In this document: one piece after another, positions 8,320-16,409 of the stretch
Layout of the letters: every line of letters starts with the position of its first letter
How positions within the stretch are numbered: the first letter of the stretch is position 1
Sequence record: OP292222.1
Strand: one strand, 5' to 3'
DNA: 64,000 nucleotides
DNA from: Escherichia phage Esco_phi_B-01
Translations under genes and position numbers: made by a program
The notes under the pieces: generated by a model
Seen by the model: only the letters and a program-made list of their open reading frames with translations
The model's database searches: none
Told to the model about the DNA's origin: nothing

Positions 8320-11031
8320 ATGCAAGAATTCTATTTGACAGTCGAACAAATCGGTGATAATATTCTCGAACGTTACATCGATAAAAATGGTAACGAACGT
8401 AGTCGTGAAGTTCCTTACAAGCCTACAATGTTTATGCATGCCAACCCAGAGCAAGCCGTAAAATATATTGACATCTACGGTAAGGGCTGTGTTAAGAAAG
8501 AATTCGATTCAATGCGCGATGCTTCTCAGTGGATGAAGCGAATGGACGATATGGGTCTCGAAGCCCTTGGTATGGACGACTACAAATTAGCCTATTTGTC
8601 TGATACCTATCGTAAAGAAATCAAGTATGATTCTTCCAAGATTCGTATTGCTAACTTCGACATCGAGGTAACATCTCCTGATGGATTCCCTGAACCTGCC
8701 CAGGCTAAACATCCTATCGATGCCATTACTCACTACGACTCGATTGACGATAAATTCTATGTATTCGACCTTTTAGTTTCACCTTATGGTACGGTCGAAG
8801 AGTGGTCGATTAAAATCGCTGAGAAACTCCAAGACGAAGGTGGTGACGAAGTTCCACAAGAAATCATTGACAAAATCGTTTATCTTCCGTTTAATTCTGA
8901 AGAAGAAATGATGCTTGAGTATCTGAATTTCTGGCAACAGAAAACTCCTGTGATTTTGACTGGATGGAACGTTGAATCATTTGACGTGCCATACGTTTAT
9001 AACCGTCTGAAAAATCTGTTTGGTGAGAACACTGCTAAGCGATTAAGCCCGCATCGTAAGACTCGTGTTAAAGTTATCGAGAATATGTACGGTGTTCGTG
9101 AAATTATTACACTGTTCGGTATTTCTGTTCTGGATTATATCGACCTTTATAAAAAATTCAGCTTTACTAACCAGCCTTCTTATTCTCTGGATTATGTTTC
9201 TGAATATGAATTGAAAGTAGGTAAGTTGAAATATGATGGTCCTATCTCCAAGTTACGTGAGACAAACCACCAACGATATATTTCCTATAACATTATCGAC
9301 GTATATCGTGTTGTGCAGATTGATATGAAACGCCAGTTCATTCTTCTTAGTCTGGACATGGGTTATTATGCTAAGATGCAGATTCAGTCAGTGTTCAGTC
9401 CAATTAAGACTTGGGACGCTATTATCTTTAATAGCCTTAAAGAACAGGGTAAAGTTATTCCTCAGGCCAAATCGCATGCGGTTCAACCTTATCCAGGTGC
9501 TTTCGTTAAGGAACCTATTCCTAACGCGTACAAATATGTAATGAGTTTCGACCTTACATCTCTGTACCCAAGTATCATTCGACAAGTGAATATAAGCCCA
9601 GAGACCATCGCAGGCACATTCGCCAACGCACCGATACATGAATATATTGCCGGAACTGCTCCGCGTCCTAGCGACACCTACAGTTGCTCTCCTAACGGCA
9701 TGATGTACTATAAAGACCGTGATGGTGTGATTCCTACAGAAATCACGAAGGTGTTCTTACAACGTAAAGAACATAAAGGTTATATGCTCGCAGCTCAACG
9801 TAATGGTGAGTTAATTAAAGAAGCATTAGAAAATCCTAATCCATCTGTTGATAGTCCACTGGATATCGATTATCGTTTCGACTTCTCTGACGAAATCAAA
9901 GCCCAGATTAAAAAATTGTCAGCATCTTCTTTAAAAGAAATGTTGTTCAAAGCCGAACGTACTGAAGTCGCAGGTATGACTGCTCAGATTAACCGTAAGT
10001 TGCTTATCAACTCCCTTTATGGTGCACTTGGTAACGTATGGTTCCGTTACTATGACCTCAGGAACGCAACTGCAATCACATTGTTTGGTCAAATGGCCCT
10101 CCAATGGATTGAACGTAAGGTTAACGAATATCTGAATAGCGTATGTAAGACCGAAAACCAGAAGTTCGTGCTCTATGGTGATACCGACTCCATTTATGTT
10201 AAGGCCGATGCAATCATCAATAAAGTAGGCGAAGATAAATTCCGTGATACTAACCACTGGGTTGACTTCTTAGATAAATTTGCACGTGAACGTATGGAAC
10301 CAGCTATTGATGCAGGCTTCCGTGAGATGTGTGAATACATGAACAATAAACAGCACTTGATGTTCATGGACCGAGAAGCTATCGCAGGTCCTCCACTTGG
10401 TTCTAAAGGTCTTGGTGGATTCTGGACAGGCAAGAAACGTTATGCACTGAACGTTTGGGACATGGAAGGTACTCGTTATGCCGAACCACACTTGAAAATC
10501 ATGGGTCTCGAAACTCAGAAATCAAGTACACCTAAAGCGGTTCAGAAAGCACTGAAAGAATGTATCCGTCGTATGCTTCAAGAAGGCGAGGCCTCTTTGC
10601 AAGAGTATTTCAAACAGTTTAATAAGGAATTTAACGAATTAGACTATGTAAGCATTGCTGCAGTATCCAGTGCTAACAACATCGAGAAATATAATGAAGG
10701 TGGTTTCCCTGGTTCTAAATGCCCGTATCACATCAAAGGTTGCTTAGCTTACATGCGTGCTTCTGCTGGTGATTTGACTATGCCTCGTATCGTTGATGGT
10801 GAAAAGGTATATGTACTGCCACTTAAAGAAGGCAACCCGTTCGGTGAAGCTTGTATGGCATGGCCGTCAGGTATTGAACTTCCGATTCAGATTCGTGACC
10901 AAGTCCTCCGTTGGATGGACTACAACGTACTGTTCCAAAAGACCTTTATCAAACCCCTGACCGGTTTTACTGAGTCTGCTAAAATCGACTACGAGAAAAA
11001 AGCAACATTATTTGACATGTTTGACTTTTAA
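8320..11031 (+). CDS. 43: gp43 DNA polymerase (family B)
   Basis: start MQEFYL aligned to T4 MKEFYI; exo motifs (FDIE), pol motifs (SLYPS, YGDTDS); RBS aaaggaaa. Confidence 0.95.
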   Translation: MQEFYLTVEQIGDNILERYIDKNGNERSREVPYKPTMFMHANPEQAVKYIDIYGKGCVKKEFDSMRDASQWMKRMDDMGLEALGMDDYKLAYLSDTYRKEIKYDSSKIRIANFDIEVTSPDGFPEPAQAKHPIDAITHYDSIDDKFYVFDLLVSPYGTVEEWSIKIAEKLQDEGGDEVPQEIIDKIVYLPFNSEEEMMLEYLNFWQQKTPVILTGWNVESFDVPYVYNRLKNLFGENTAKRLSPHRKTRVKVIENMYGVREIITLFGISVLDYIDLYKKFSFTNQPSYSLDYVSEYELKVGKLKYDGPISKLRETNHQRYISYNIIDVYRVVQIDMKRQFILLSLDMGYYAKMQIQSVFSPIKTWDAIIFNSLKEQGKVIPQAKSHAVQPYPGAFVKEPIPNAYKYVMSFDLTSLYPSIIRQVNISPETIAGTFANAPIHEYIAGTAPRPSDTYSCSPNGMMYYKDRDGVIPTEITKVFLQRKEHKGYMLAAQRNGELIKEALENPNPSVDSPLDIDYRFDFSDEIKAQIKKLSASSLKEMLFKAERTEVAGMTAQINRKLLINSLYGALGNVWFRYYDLRNATAITLFGQMALQWIERKVNEYLNSVCKTENQKFVLYGDTDSIYVKADAIINKVGEDKFRDTNHWVDFLDKFARERMEPAIDAGFREMCEYMNNKQHLMFMDREAIAGPPLGSKGLGGFWTGKKRYALNVWDMEGTRYAEPHLKIMGLETQKSSTPKAVQKALKECIRRMLQEGEASLQEYFKQFNKEFNELDYVSIAAVSSANNIEKYNEGGFPGSKCPYHIKGCLAYMRASAGDLTMPRIVDGEKVYVLPLKEGNPFGEACMAWPSGIELPIQIRDQVLRWMDYNVLFQKTFIKPLTGFTESAKIDYEKKATLFDMFDF

Positions 11032-11033
11032 GT

Positions 11034-11063
11034 GTTTACATACCACATGGAACGTGGTATTAT
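11034..11063 (+). promoter_or_regulatory. T4-type early promoter (GTTTAC - 18 - TGgTATTAT)
   Basis: -35 GTTTAC at 11034-11039, extended -10, conserved leader cctatcaactacatgagga. Confidence 0.6.
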
Positions 11064-11093
11064 CCTTCCTATCAACTACATGAGGAAATTATA

Positions 11094-11330
11094 ATGGAAG
11101 CTTTAATCGTTAGTGCTGGTGTTTTAGGATTCGGTTCTCTGGCTATTATGTTCATTGGTTACTTTTTACCATGGATTCTAGCTCTTTTGCGAGGCACCCG
11201 TAGCAATGTCGGAATCTTCTTCCTTAATCTCTTGTTAGGATGGACGATGATTGGTTGGGTAGTGGCTTTAATCTGGGCCATCGTCGCTGAACGTAAATCA
11301 AACGCACAAATCATTATCGTTAAACAATGA
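11094..11330 (+). CDS. imm: Imm-like superinfection immunity membrane protein (two TM helices)
   Basis: 78 aa with two hydrophobic helices and conserved GW motifs; sits where T4 has imm, next to gene 43. Confidence 0.5.
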   Translation: MEALIVSAGVLGFGSLAIMFIGYFLPWILALLRGTRSNVGIFFLNLLLGWTMIGWVVALIWAIVAERKSNAQIIIVKQ

Positions 11331-11464
11331 AGATAATTATTTTATTTCTTATAATGACTGCCTTTACCGTTTATTGGGCAGTGGCAATTCCTCCAATGAT
11401 TCCAACATTAATCATAGGATGGATTATTCTTATAGCACAAATTAAGTATAACTGTTTTAATTGA
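11327..11464 (+). CDS. small hydrophobic membrane peptide (45 aa)
   Basis: ATGA overlap with the imm-like stop; hydrophobic throughout. Confidence 0.35.
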   Translation: MKIIILFLIMTAFTVYWAVAIPPMIPTLIIGWIILIAQIKYNCFN

Positions 11465-11471
11465 GGATATT

Positions 11472-11972
11472 ATGAAAAAGTTAATTATCGCAATGAGTAT
11501 GCTCCTATCAGGTTGCGCGGTCCAATACGGTGATGCAGTTTCGGCTGATGAAGTTGGTAAAGCTCGTATTGCAGCTGAACAGAAACAATTCGACGGCGAA
11601 ATGAAATTCCGTGCCGGTTCTGGACTTGTGTATACCCGAGCTAATAATCAATGTGGTAATAACTGTGCAAAATATGCTCAAAGGGAAATCGAATTCCAAC
11701 GTGAACAAGAGTCTAAGCGTGAAGAGGTACTAGCCAAACACCAGGCAGAAATGAAGCGCCAAGATGATTTGTACAAAAAGCAGAAACTGTATTCTATGTG
11801 TGTAAACCATATCAATCTACAGATTTCTGTCCATGAGGCTCGTTATTACGAAATGCTCGAAACCGAGAGCTTCGATAAAGCTCGTGATTATAAGAAACAA
11901 ATCAACAAGCTTAAGACCAAAGTGCCTGCTGCAGTAGAACAGTGCATGGAATACGGTAAAGATAAGATTTAA
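11472..11972 (+). CDS. putative lipoprotein (166 aa)
   Basis: signal peptide with lipobox LLSGC; RBS gagga. Confidence 0.6.
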   Translation: MKKLIIAMSMLLSGCAVQYGDAVSADEVGKARIAAEQKQFDGEMKFRAGSGLVYTRANNQCGNNCAKYAQREIEFQREQESKREEVLAKHQAEMKRQDDLYKKQKLYSMCVNHINLQISVHEARYYEMLETESFDKARDYKKQINKLKTKVPAAVEQCMEYGKDKI

Positions 11973-12032
11973 GCAATAGAAATTTATTAAAAATAGTGTA
12001 TAATGTACCTACATTCACTTGAGGAACAGATA

Positions 12033-13706
12033 ATGAAAAAGGTTGTTATTTTAGGCGCAGGTCTTGGCTCACGGTTGTATCCAATTACTAACGAAATCCC
12101 GAAGGTATTGGTTAACTATAAACAACATACGGTATTAAAGCATTTGTATGATTTGTATAGTAACCAATCAGATGAAATTATTCTGGTTATTCACAGCAAA
12201 TTTAACGACCTCGTTAAAGGCTATATTAAATCCATTAACATGATTACTGGTGATAAGCCTAAATTCACTATTCGTAACGTTGATGTTGCTAATGGTTCAG
12301 CTCATGCAATCGATTGCATTGCCGAAGATATCATTGGCCATAATGTCCTGTTTAACTGGTGTGACATCATTCCTATCGGTCATAAAGTTGAATGGGGTAA
12401 CGACTACTGTTATACCTATGGAACTGACTGTCGTTTTACATTTGAAGAACCGTACTTACGTGAAATTGGTACTGGTGGCGGTGTAGTTGGTTTGTATCAG
12501 GTAGCCAATTGGACAGGTTTCGACCGTTCTAATTATGGTGAAGACCTTGCTGATAACCTGGATTCAATGGTCTATTTGACCGAACGTAAACTGGATTTTG
12601 TAGTTGATGTCGGTGACAAATTGAAACTGGCTAAGGCCCATGAAGAATCTGAAATTAACCGTGAATTTAATAAATTAGAATTCACCGAGAATCTGGCTAT
12701 TAAAGTACCAACTAACGAATTAGGTAAAGAAATTCAATCTAAAGAAATCAATTGGTATAATTCTATTGATTCTGAATTCGTTCCTAGCATTGTAGACTTT
12801 TCTCCAGGCGAATTCATTAAAATGGAACGTATCTTTGGTCGAACCATGGCAGATGCCTACCGGTTTATGTCCAAAGAAACTAAAGTCCTCATGGTTTATA
12901 AGGTCATTAGTGCATTACGTTCATTTGGTGGAACTATTGATAACCCGTCCGATGAGCAATGGTATTCCGATGTTAAGAAAGAAGTATTGGACAAGGTCCT
13001 TATTCGTAATGCTTCTATTGCTGGATTGATTGAAGGCTTTGCTCCACAGGGCATTACCCATGTTAACGATTTCAAAGTAGGCGACCCTGAAAAACTTCTT
13101 CGCCATGCACTAGAAATTCTGTCTGAACATAAAGAACCGTACCAACTTATTCATGGCGACCCGCACTACAGTAATATTATGCTGTCGGACGAAGGTGATA
13201 TTAAAATCATCGACCCACGTGGTTATTTCGGTAATAGTTCTAAAGGCCCTGCGATTTATGATGAAGCTAAGGTGCTTTATTCTATCGATGGCTATGACAA
13301 ATTTAACTCAGACCCTCTATGGGGCGGATTAACTCGTAACGGAACTCGTGTATTCGTTGATATCGAAAAGATTATGCCTTTAGACGATATCCCTATGTGC
13401 ACATTTAAGCACAAGCTCTGGATTGCTGTTATTTGGATGGCTCTGGCAGGTTACTTTAAGAATAACCCTCTGAAAGCTCTAGGTGCTTATTATAACGGTT
13501 TGTACCAACTGAGTGTGCTGCTGAAGCGGCATCCTCGTAAGCGTAAGCTTATTACGGGTGAATTTGTCGATGAAGTTCGTGACCCTATTACGGCTCAAAT
13601 TATTACTCGTTGTCCTGATAAGTGGGTTTTGCTTGACCAGGAAACTGGTGTAAAATATAAACCTACAGGTTCTACTGAACTCCACAAACAATGGAAGAAA
13701 ATTTAA
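12033..13706 (+). CDS. bifunctional sugar-1-phosphate nucleotidyltransferase / APH-like sugar kinase fusion
   Basis: N-terminal ILGAGLGSRLYPIT...PKVL (RmlA/GlmU-type NTP-transferase signature); C-terminal HGDPHYSNIML...IIDPRGYFG (aminoglycoside/choline kinase fold Brenner and DxxG motifs); RBS gagga. Confidence 0.75.
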   Translation: MKKVVILGAGLGSRLYPITNEIPKVLVNYKQHTVLKHLYDLYSNQSDEIILVIHSKFNDLVKGYIKSINMITGDKPKFTIRNVDVANGSAHAIDCIAEDIIGHNVLFNWCDIIPIGHKVEWGNDYCYTYGTDCRFTFEEPYLREIGTGGGVVGLYQVANWTGFDRSNYGEDLADNLDSMVYLTERKLDFVVDVGDKLKLAKAHEESEINREFNKLEFTENLAIKVPTNELGKEIQSKEINWYNSIDSEFVPSIVDFSPGEFIKMERIFGRTMADAYRFMSKETKVLMVYKVISALRSFGGTIDNPSDEQWYSDVKKEVLDKVLIRNASIAGLIEGFAPQGITHVNDFKVGDPEKLLRHALEILSEHKEPYQLIHGDPHYSNIMLSDEGDIKIIDPRGYFGNSSKGPAIYDEAKVLYSIDGYDKFNSDPLWGGLTRNGTRVFVDIEKIMPLDDIPMCTFKHKLWIAVIWMALAGYFKNNPLKALGAYYNGLYQLSVLLKRHPRKRKLITGEFVDEVRDPITAQIITRCPDKWVLLDQETGVKYKPTGSTELHKQWKKI

Positions 13707-14089
13707 TGTCGTATCGAGTAGAAAATAAGCCACATTTATGTTTTGATATCGATAACACAATCACGATTTGGAACCATGACCGTGATTATGAGAACTTTAA
13801 ACCGGACACCGAAATGGTGTCCATGATTAATAAGCTTTATGATGAAGGGTACGAGATTACATTGTTCACCGCGCGTGGCATGACTTCATGTGGCCCAGGT
13901 CGAATCTTGGTTGAAGTAGTTCCTGCCTTGGTTAAGAACCTTGAAAAAATTGGATTGAAATATCACAATTTGCTTACACATAAGCCGAGTTATACTTTTA
14001 TCATCGATGACCGAGCAATCCGTCCTGACCACTTTAAAGAAATGGTTCGTGAAGGAACTCTTGATGGTTATAAGGCCTATCATCCATGA
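13706..14089 (+). CDS. small HAD-superfamily phosphatase
   Basis: motif I FDIDNTIT near the N-terminus, TAR motif II; TAATG coupling to the upstream gene. Confidence 0.6.
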   Translation: MSYRVENKPHLCFDIDNTITIWNHDRDYENFKPDTEMVSMINKLYDEGYEITLFTARGMTSCGPGRILVEVVPALVKNLEKIGLKYHNLLTHKPSYTFIIDDRAIRPDHFKEMVREGTLDGYKAYHP

Positions 14090-14622
14090 ATCCAAAAATC
14101 ATTGTTATAGACGGCCCGGATAATTCCGGGAAGTCCACTTTAATTAAAAATCTGTTATCCAATAAGAAATACCGCCTTATTGATTTTCCTAAAAAGATTA
14201 ATGGCAAGTGTATTTCATTAGGAACTGATAACGATAAGGCTTTAGTTGAAACTCTGTATAAGTTTTTAGACCCTAATTTCGTTTATATCCTTGACCGTGG
14301 TTATCCAAGTAATATTGTTTACTCAGGATTCCTTCGTGGTGAAATGGACCCTTATGTAGAACTGGAAGATTGGAAAGGGTTTAAATCTGAATTTAACGTT
14401 ATCGAGGTTATTTTAACTCGCAACCCATTAGACGAAGACTTCGAAGACGACCTTATTAAATTAACCGAAGATGAGTTCAACCTAACTATCCGGCAATACG
14501 AAACATGTTTTGAAAACGTGTTTAAAATCTTAAATCATGACGGCCATAATAATTTGCTTAATGTTGATATGGTAGAATTAAAACGTCTGAACGAATATAT
14601 TGAAAATAAGGTGAATAAATGA
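14086..14622 (+). CDS. thymidylate-kinase-like P-loop nucleotide kinase
   Basis: IVIDGPDNSGKST P-loop and DRGYPSNIVYSG (TMK DR(Y/F)..S..AYQ-like motif); ATGA coupling. Confidence 0.6.
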   Translation: MNPKIIVIDGPDNSGKSTLIKNLLSNKKYRLIDFPKKINGKCISLGTDNDKALVETLYKFLDPNFVYILDRGYPSNIVYSGFLRGEMDPYVELEDWKGFKSEFNVIEVILTRNPLDEDFEDDLIKLTEDEFNLTIRQYETCFENVFKILNHDGHNNLLNVDMVELKRLNEYIENKVNK

Positions 14623-15317
14623 AACACATTACCGCTGTTAGTTTTGAAAATGCATTTAAACAAATGAACGAAGAAATCCTGGAAGCTCCACAGTTTGCAG
14701 TTGATTCTCGTATCGGACGTTGTTATGAAATTGGTTCTGCTTCGGTAGAAGTACTGGATGCAAGCACCTATAAATTCACCGACCCACGTATTAATCGTAT
14801 TAGTTATGAATATGCCGAATCCTTTTGGAAATTTATGATTTCTGGTGGTACTGACGCTGCCGAAGCATTTAAGGAATACCCTAATGTTGCTAAGTTCATT
14901 GATAAGCCGAAAAGTGACGTATTGCCTGCAAACTTCAACACTTTCTATGGACCTCGAATTGTGGCCCAACTCCCAGCCCTACTTAAAGAGCTTAAAGAAA
15001 AGGCTAACTCGCGAAGAGTTGTGTTCCAGATTCTCCAAGAACAAGACCAAGCCCTCCTTGATTCTGACGAATCCTTAGAATATCCGTGTACCGATTCGGT
15101 AACGTATTATATTCGTGACGGACGTTTGTATGCACACACCCATATGCGTTCACAGAACTGCGCTGTTGTTATGCAGCTGGATTTCTATCTGCAGGGTAAA
15201 CTGATGGCATTTATTGCTGAACAGTGTGGTGTCGGTTTAGGTACATATTCCCACACCATGGTAAGTGCACACGTGTTTGAACGCGATTTTGACTACGTCC
15301 GAGGTTTCCTGAAATGA
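14619..15317 (+). CDS. 42: dCMP hydroxymethylase (thymidylate-synthase fold)
   Basis: catalytic-Cys region YPCTDSV and MRSQN... align with T4 gp42 FMCTNTV / MRSND; position as in T4. Confidence 0.8.
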   Translation: MKHITAVSFENAFKQMNEEILEAPQFAVDSRIGRCYEIGSASVEVLDASTYKFTDPRINRISYEYAESFWKFMISGGTDAAEAFKEYPNVAKFIDKPKSDVLPANFNTFYGPRIVAQLPALLKELKEKANSRRVVFQILQEQDQALLDSDESLEYPCTDSVTYYIRDGRLYAHTHMRSQNCAVVMQLDFYLQGKLMAFIAEQCGVGLGTYSHTMVSAHVFERDFDYVRGFLK

Positions 15318-16207
15318 GTTTGTTTATCGTTCCTATTTTCAGTATGCGTAGTTACGAAACAGGTGAATATGCCGTCCTTAAGGACGGCAATTTTCAACTC
15401 CATTTAAATCGTGCTCGTCCAGGTGATTATCTGGCTTATCCTAGAAATTCGAGCGATATCAAAGAATGCATTGAATTATTCCCGGAACTGAATTTCGTAC
15501 CACTTTGGTATAAAGAAAATGCTTATGAAACCCGTAAACATTTCTGGTCTGAAAATGAGTTTGTAGTCGATTCACTAATCGAATACTACGATTGCTCAGG
15601 ACTGGTAACTGATATCACCGGTTATGATGGTGCTCACACTGTACAATTCAACTTTAATATCACAATGGACCCTGAAGTTCCTCGTTATTATATCGACGAG
15701 TTCATTGATATTGATGTGGCTTCAGTTGAACGTTCACTTTATACTACAGTCCTGAATCAATGCCAGAAAGACGTCCTGGTGTCACGAGGTGCATCCTCTG
15801 ATAAGATTTTTGTAGACCAAAAGGTAATTAATCCTGCAGTAATTGAGCGTTACTCTGAAGGTCTAGCGCCTATTAAAATTGATGGTATTTTCCATCCATT
15901 CCGTATTTCGGATAAGTGCTATCAATTCGAAAGAGTTGTAGACCAAGCTGCCGCTGAAGGTGCTCGTCTTTATATCACTGACCCGAATGATTCATTTAAG
16001 CGTGAAGACTATCGTCCTGATGTAGAGATTATTAAATTCAAACCGAGTAAGGTTGAATATTATCAAATTCTGAAATCAAGACCACATATCATTTATCATG
16101 AGAACCCAGGTTTAGTATTCCATCCTGGTCTGGCTGAATTCATTTATTTCGGTGCCAATATTCATTCTGAATACGAAATGCCACGTTATGAGGACGTAGT
16201 ATGCTAG
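15314..16207 (+). CDS. hypothetical protein in the beta-glucosyltransferase position; candidate hmC glycosyltransferase
   Basis: 297 aa, coupled to gene 42 (ATGA), no recognisable similarity to T4 beta-gt; function inferred from position and operon context only. Confidence 0.45.
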   Translation: MSLFIVPIFSMRSYETGEYAVLKDGNFQLHLNRARPGDYLAYPRNSSDIKECIELFPELNFVPLWYKENAYETRKHFWSENEFVVDSLIEYYDCSGLVTDITGYDGAHTVQFNFNITMDPEVPRYYIDEFIDIDVASVERSLYTTVLNQCQKDVLVSRGASSDKIFVDQKVINPAVIERYSEGLAPIKIDGIFHPFRISDKCYQFERVVDQAAAEGARLYITDPNDSFKREDYRPDVEIIKFKPSKVEYYQILKSRPHIIYHENPGLVFHPGLAEFIYFGANIHSEYEMPRYEDVVC

Positions 16208-16332
16208 GTCCTCTATTGCTTTTTATAGGTTTGTTATTATTCTCTTTCGGAGCCTTGCTATTACTAGTGTGGCTCGAGAAACGAGAAGTTCGGAAGATAG
16301 TCGATAAGGCTATCAACCGAGGAATTAAGTAA
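16201..16332 (+). CDS. small membrane peptide (43 aa, one TM plus basic tail)
   Basis: ATG overlapping the upstream stop; hydrophobic core LLLFIGLLLFSFGALLLLVWL. Confidence 0.35.
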   Translation: MLGPLLLFIGLLLFSFGALLLLVWLEKREVRKIVDKAINRGIK

Positions 16333-16357
16333 TGCTGTAGCTGTGAAGTGATATAAT
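16333..16357 (+). promoter_or_regulatory. MotA-dependent middle promoter for uvsX (TGCTGTA - 12 - TATAAT)
   Basis: MotA-box-like element with one mismatch, correct spacing to -10. Confidence 0.5.
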
Positions 16358-16409
16358 TACCCTATCTTAAAACGTGAGAAAAATATAATGATGCCTATGG
16401 AAAAATATA

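Noticed and set aside
9388-9677. Minus-strand ORFs inside gene 43, and similar antisense ORFs throughout the track (for example 33599-34594, 43093-43482, 60404-60907, 61306-61752)
   Set aside because: They lie entirely within well-supported genes on the other strand, lack ribosome binding sites and have no recognisable motifs; treated as shadow ORFs.
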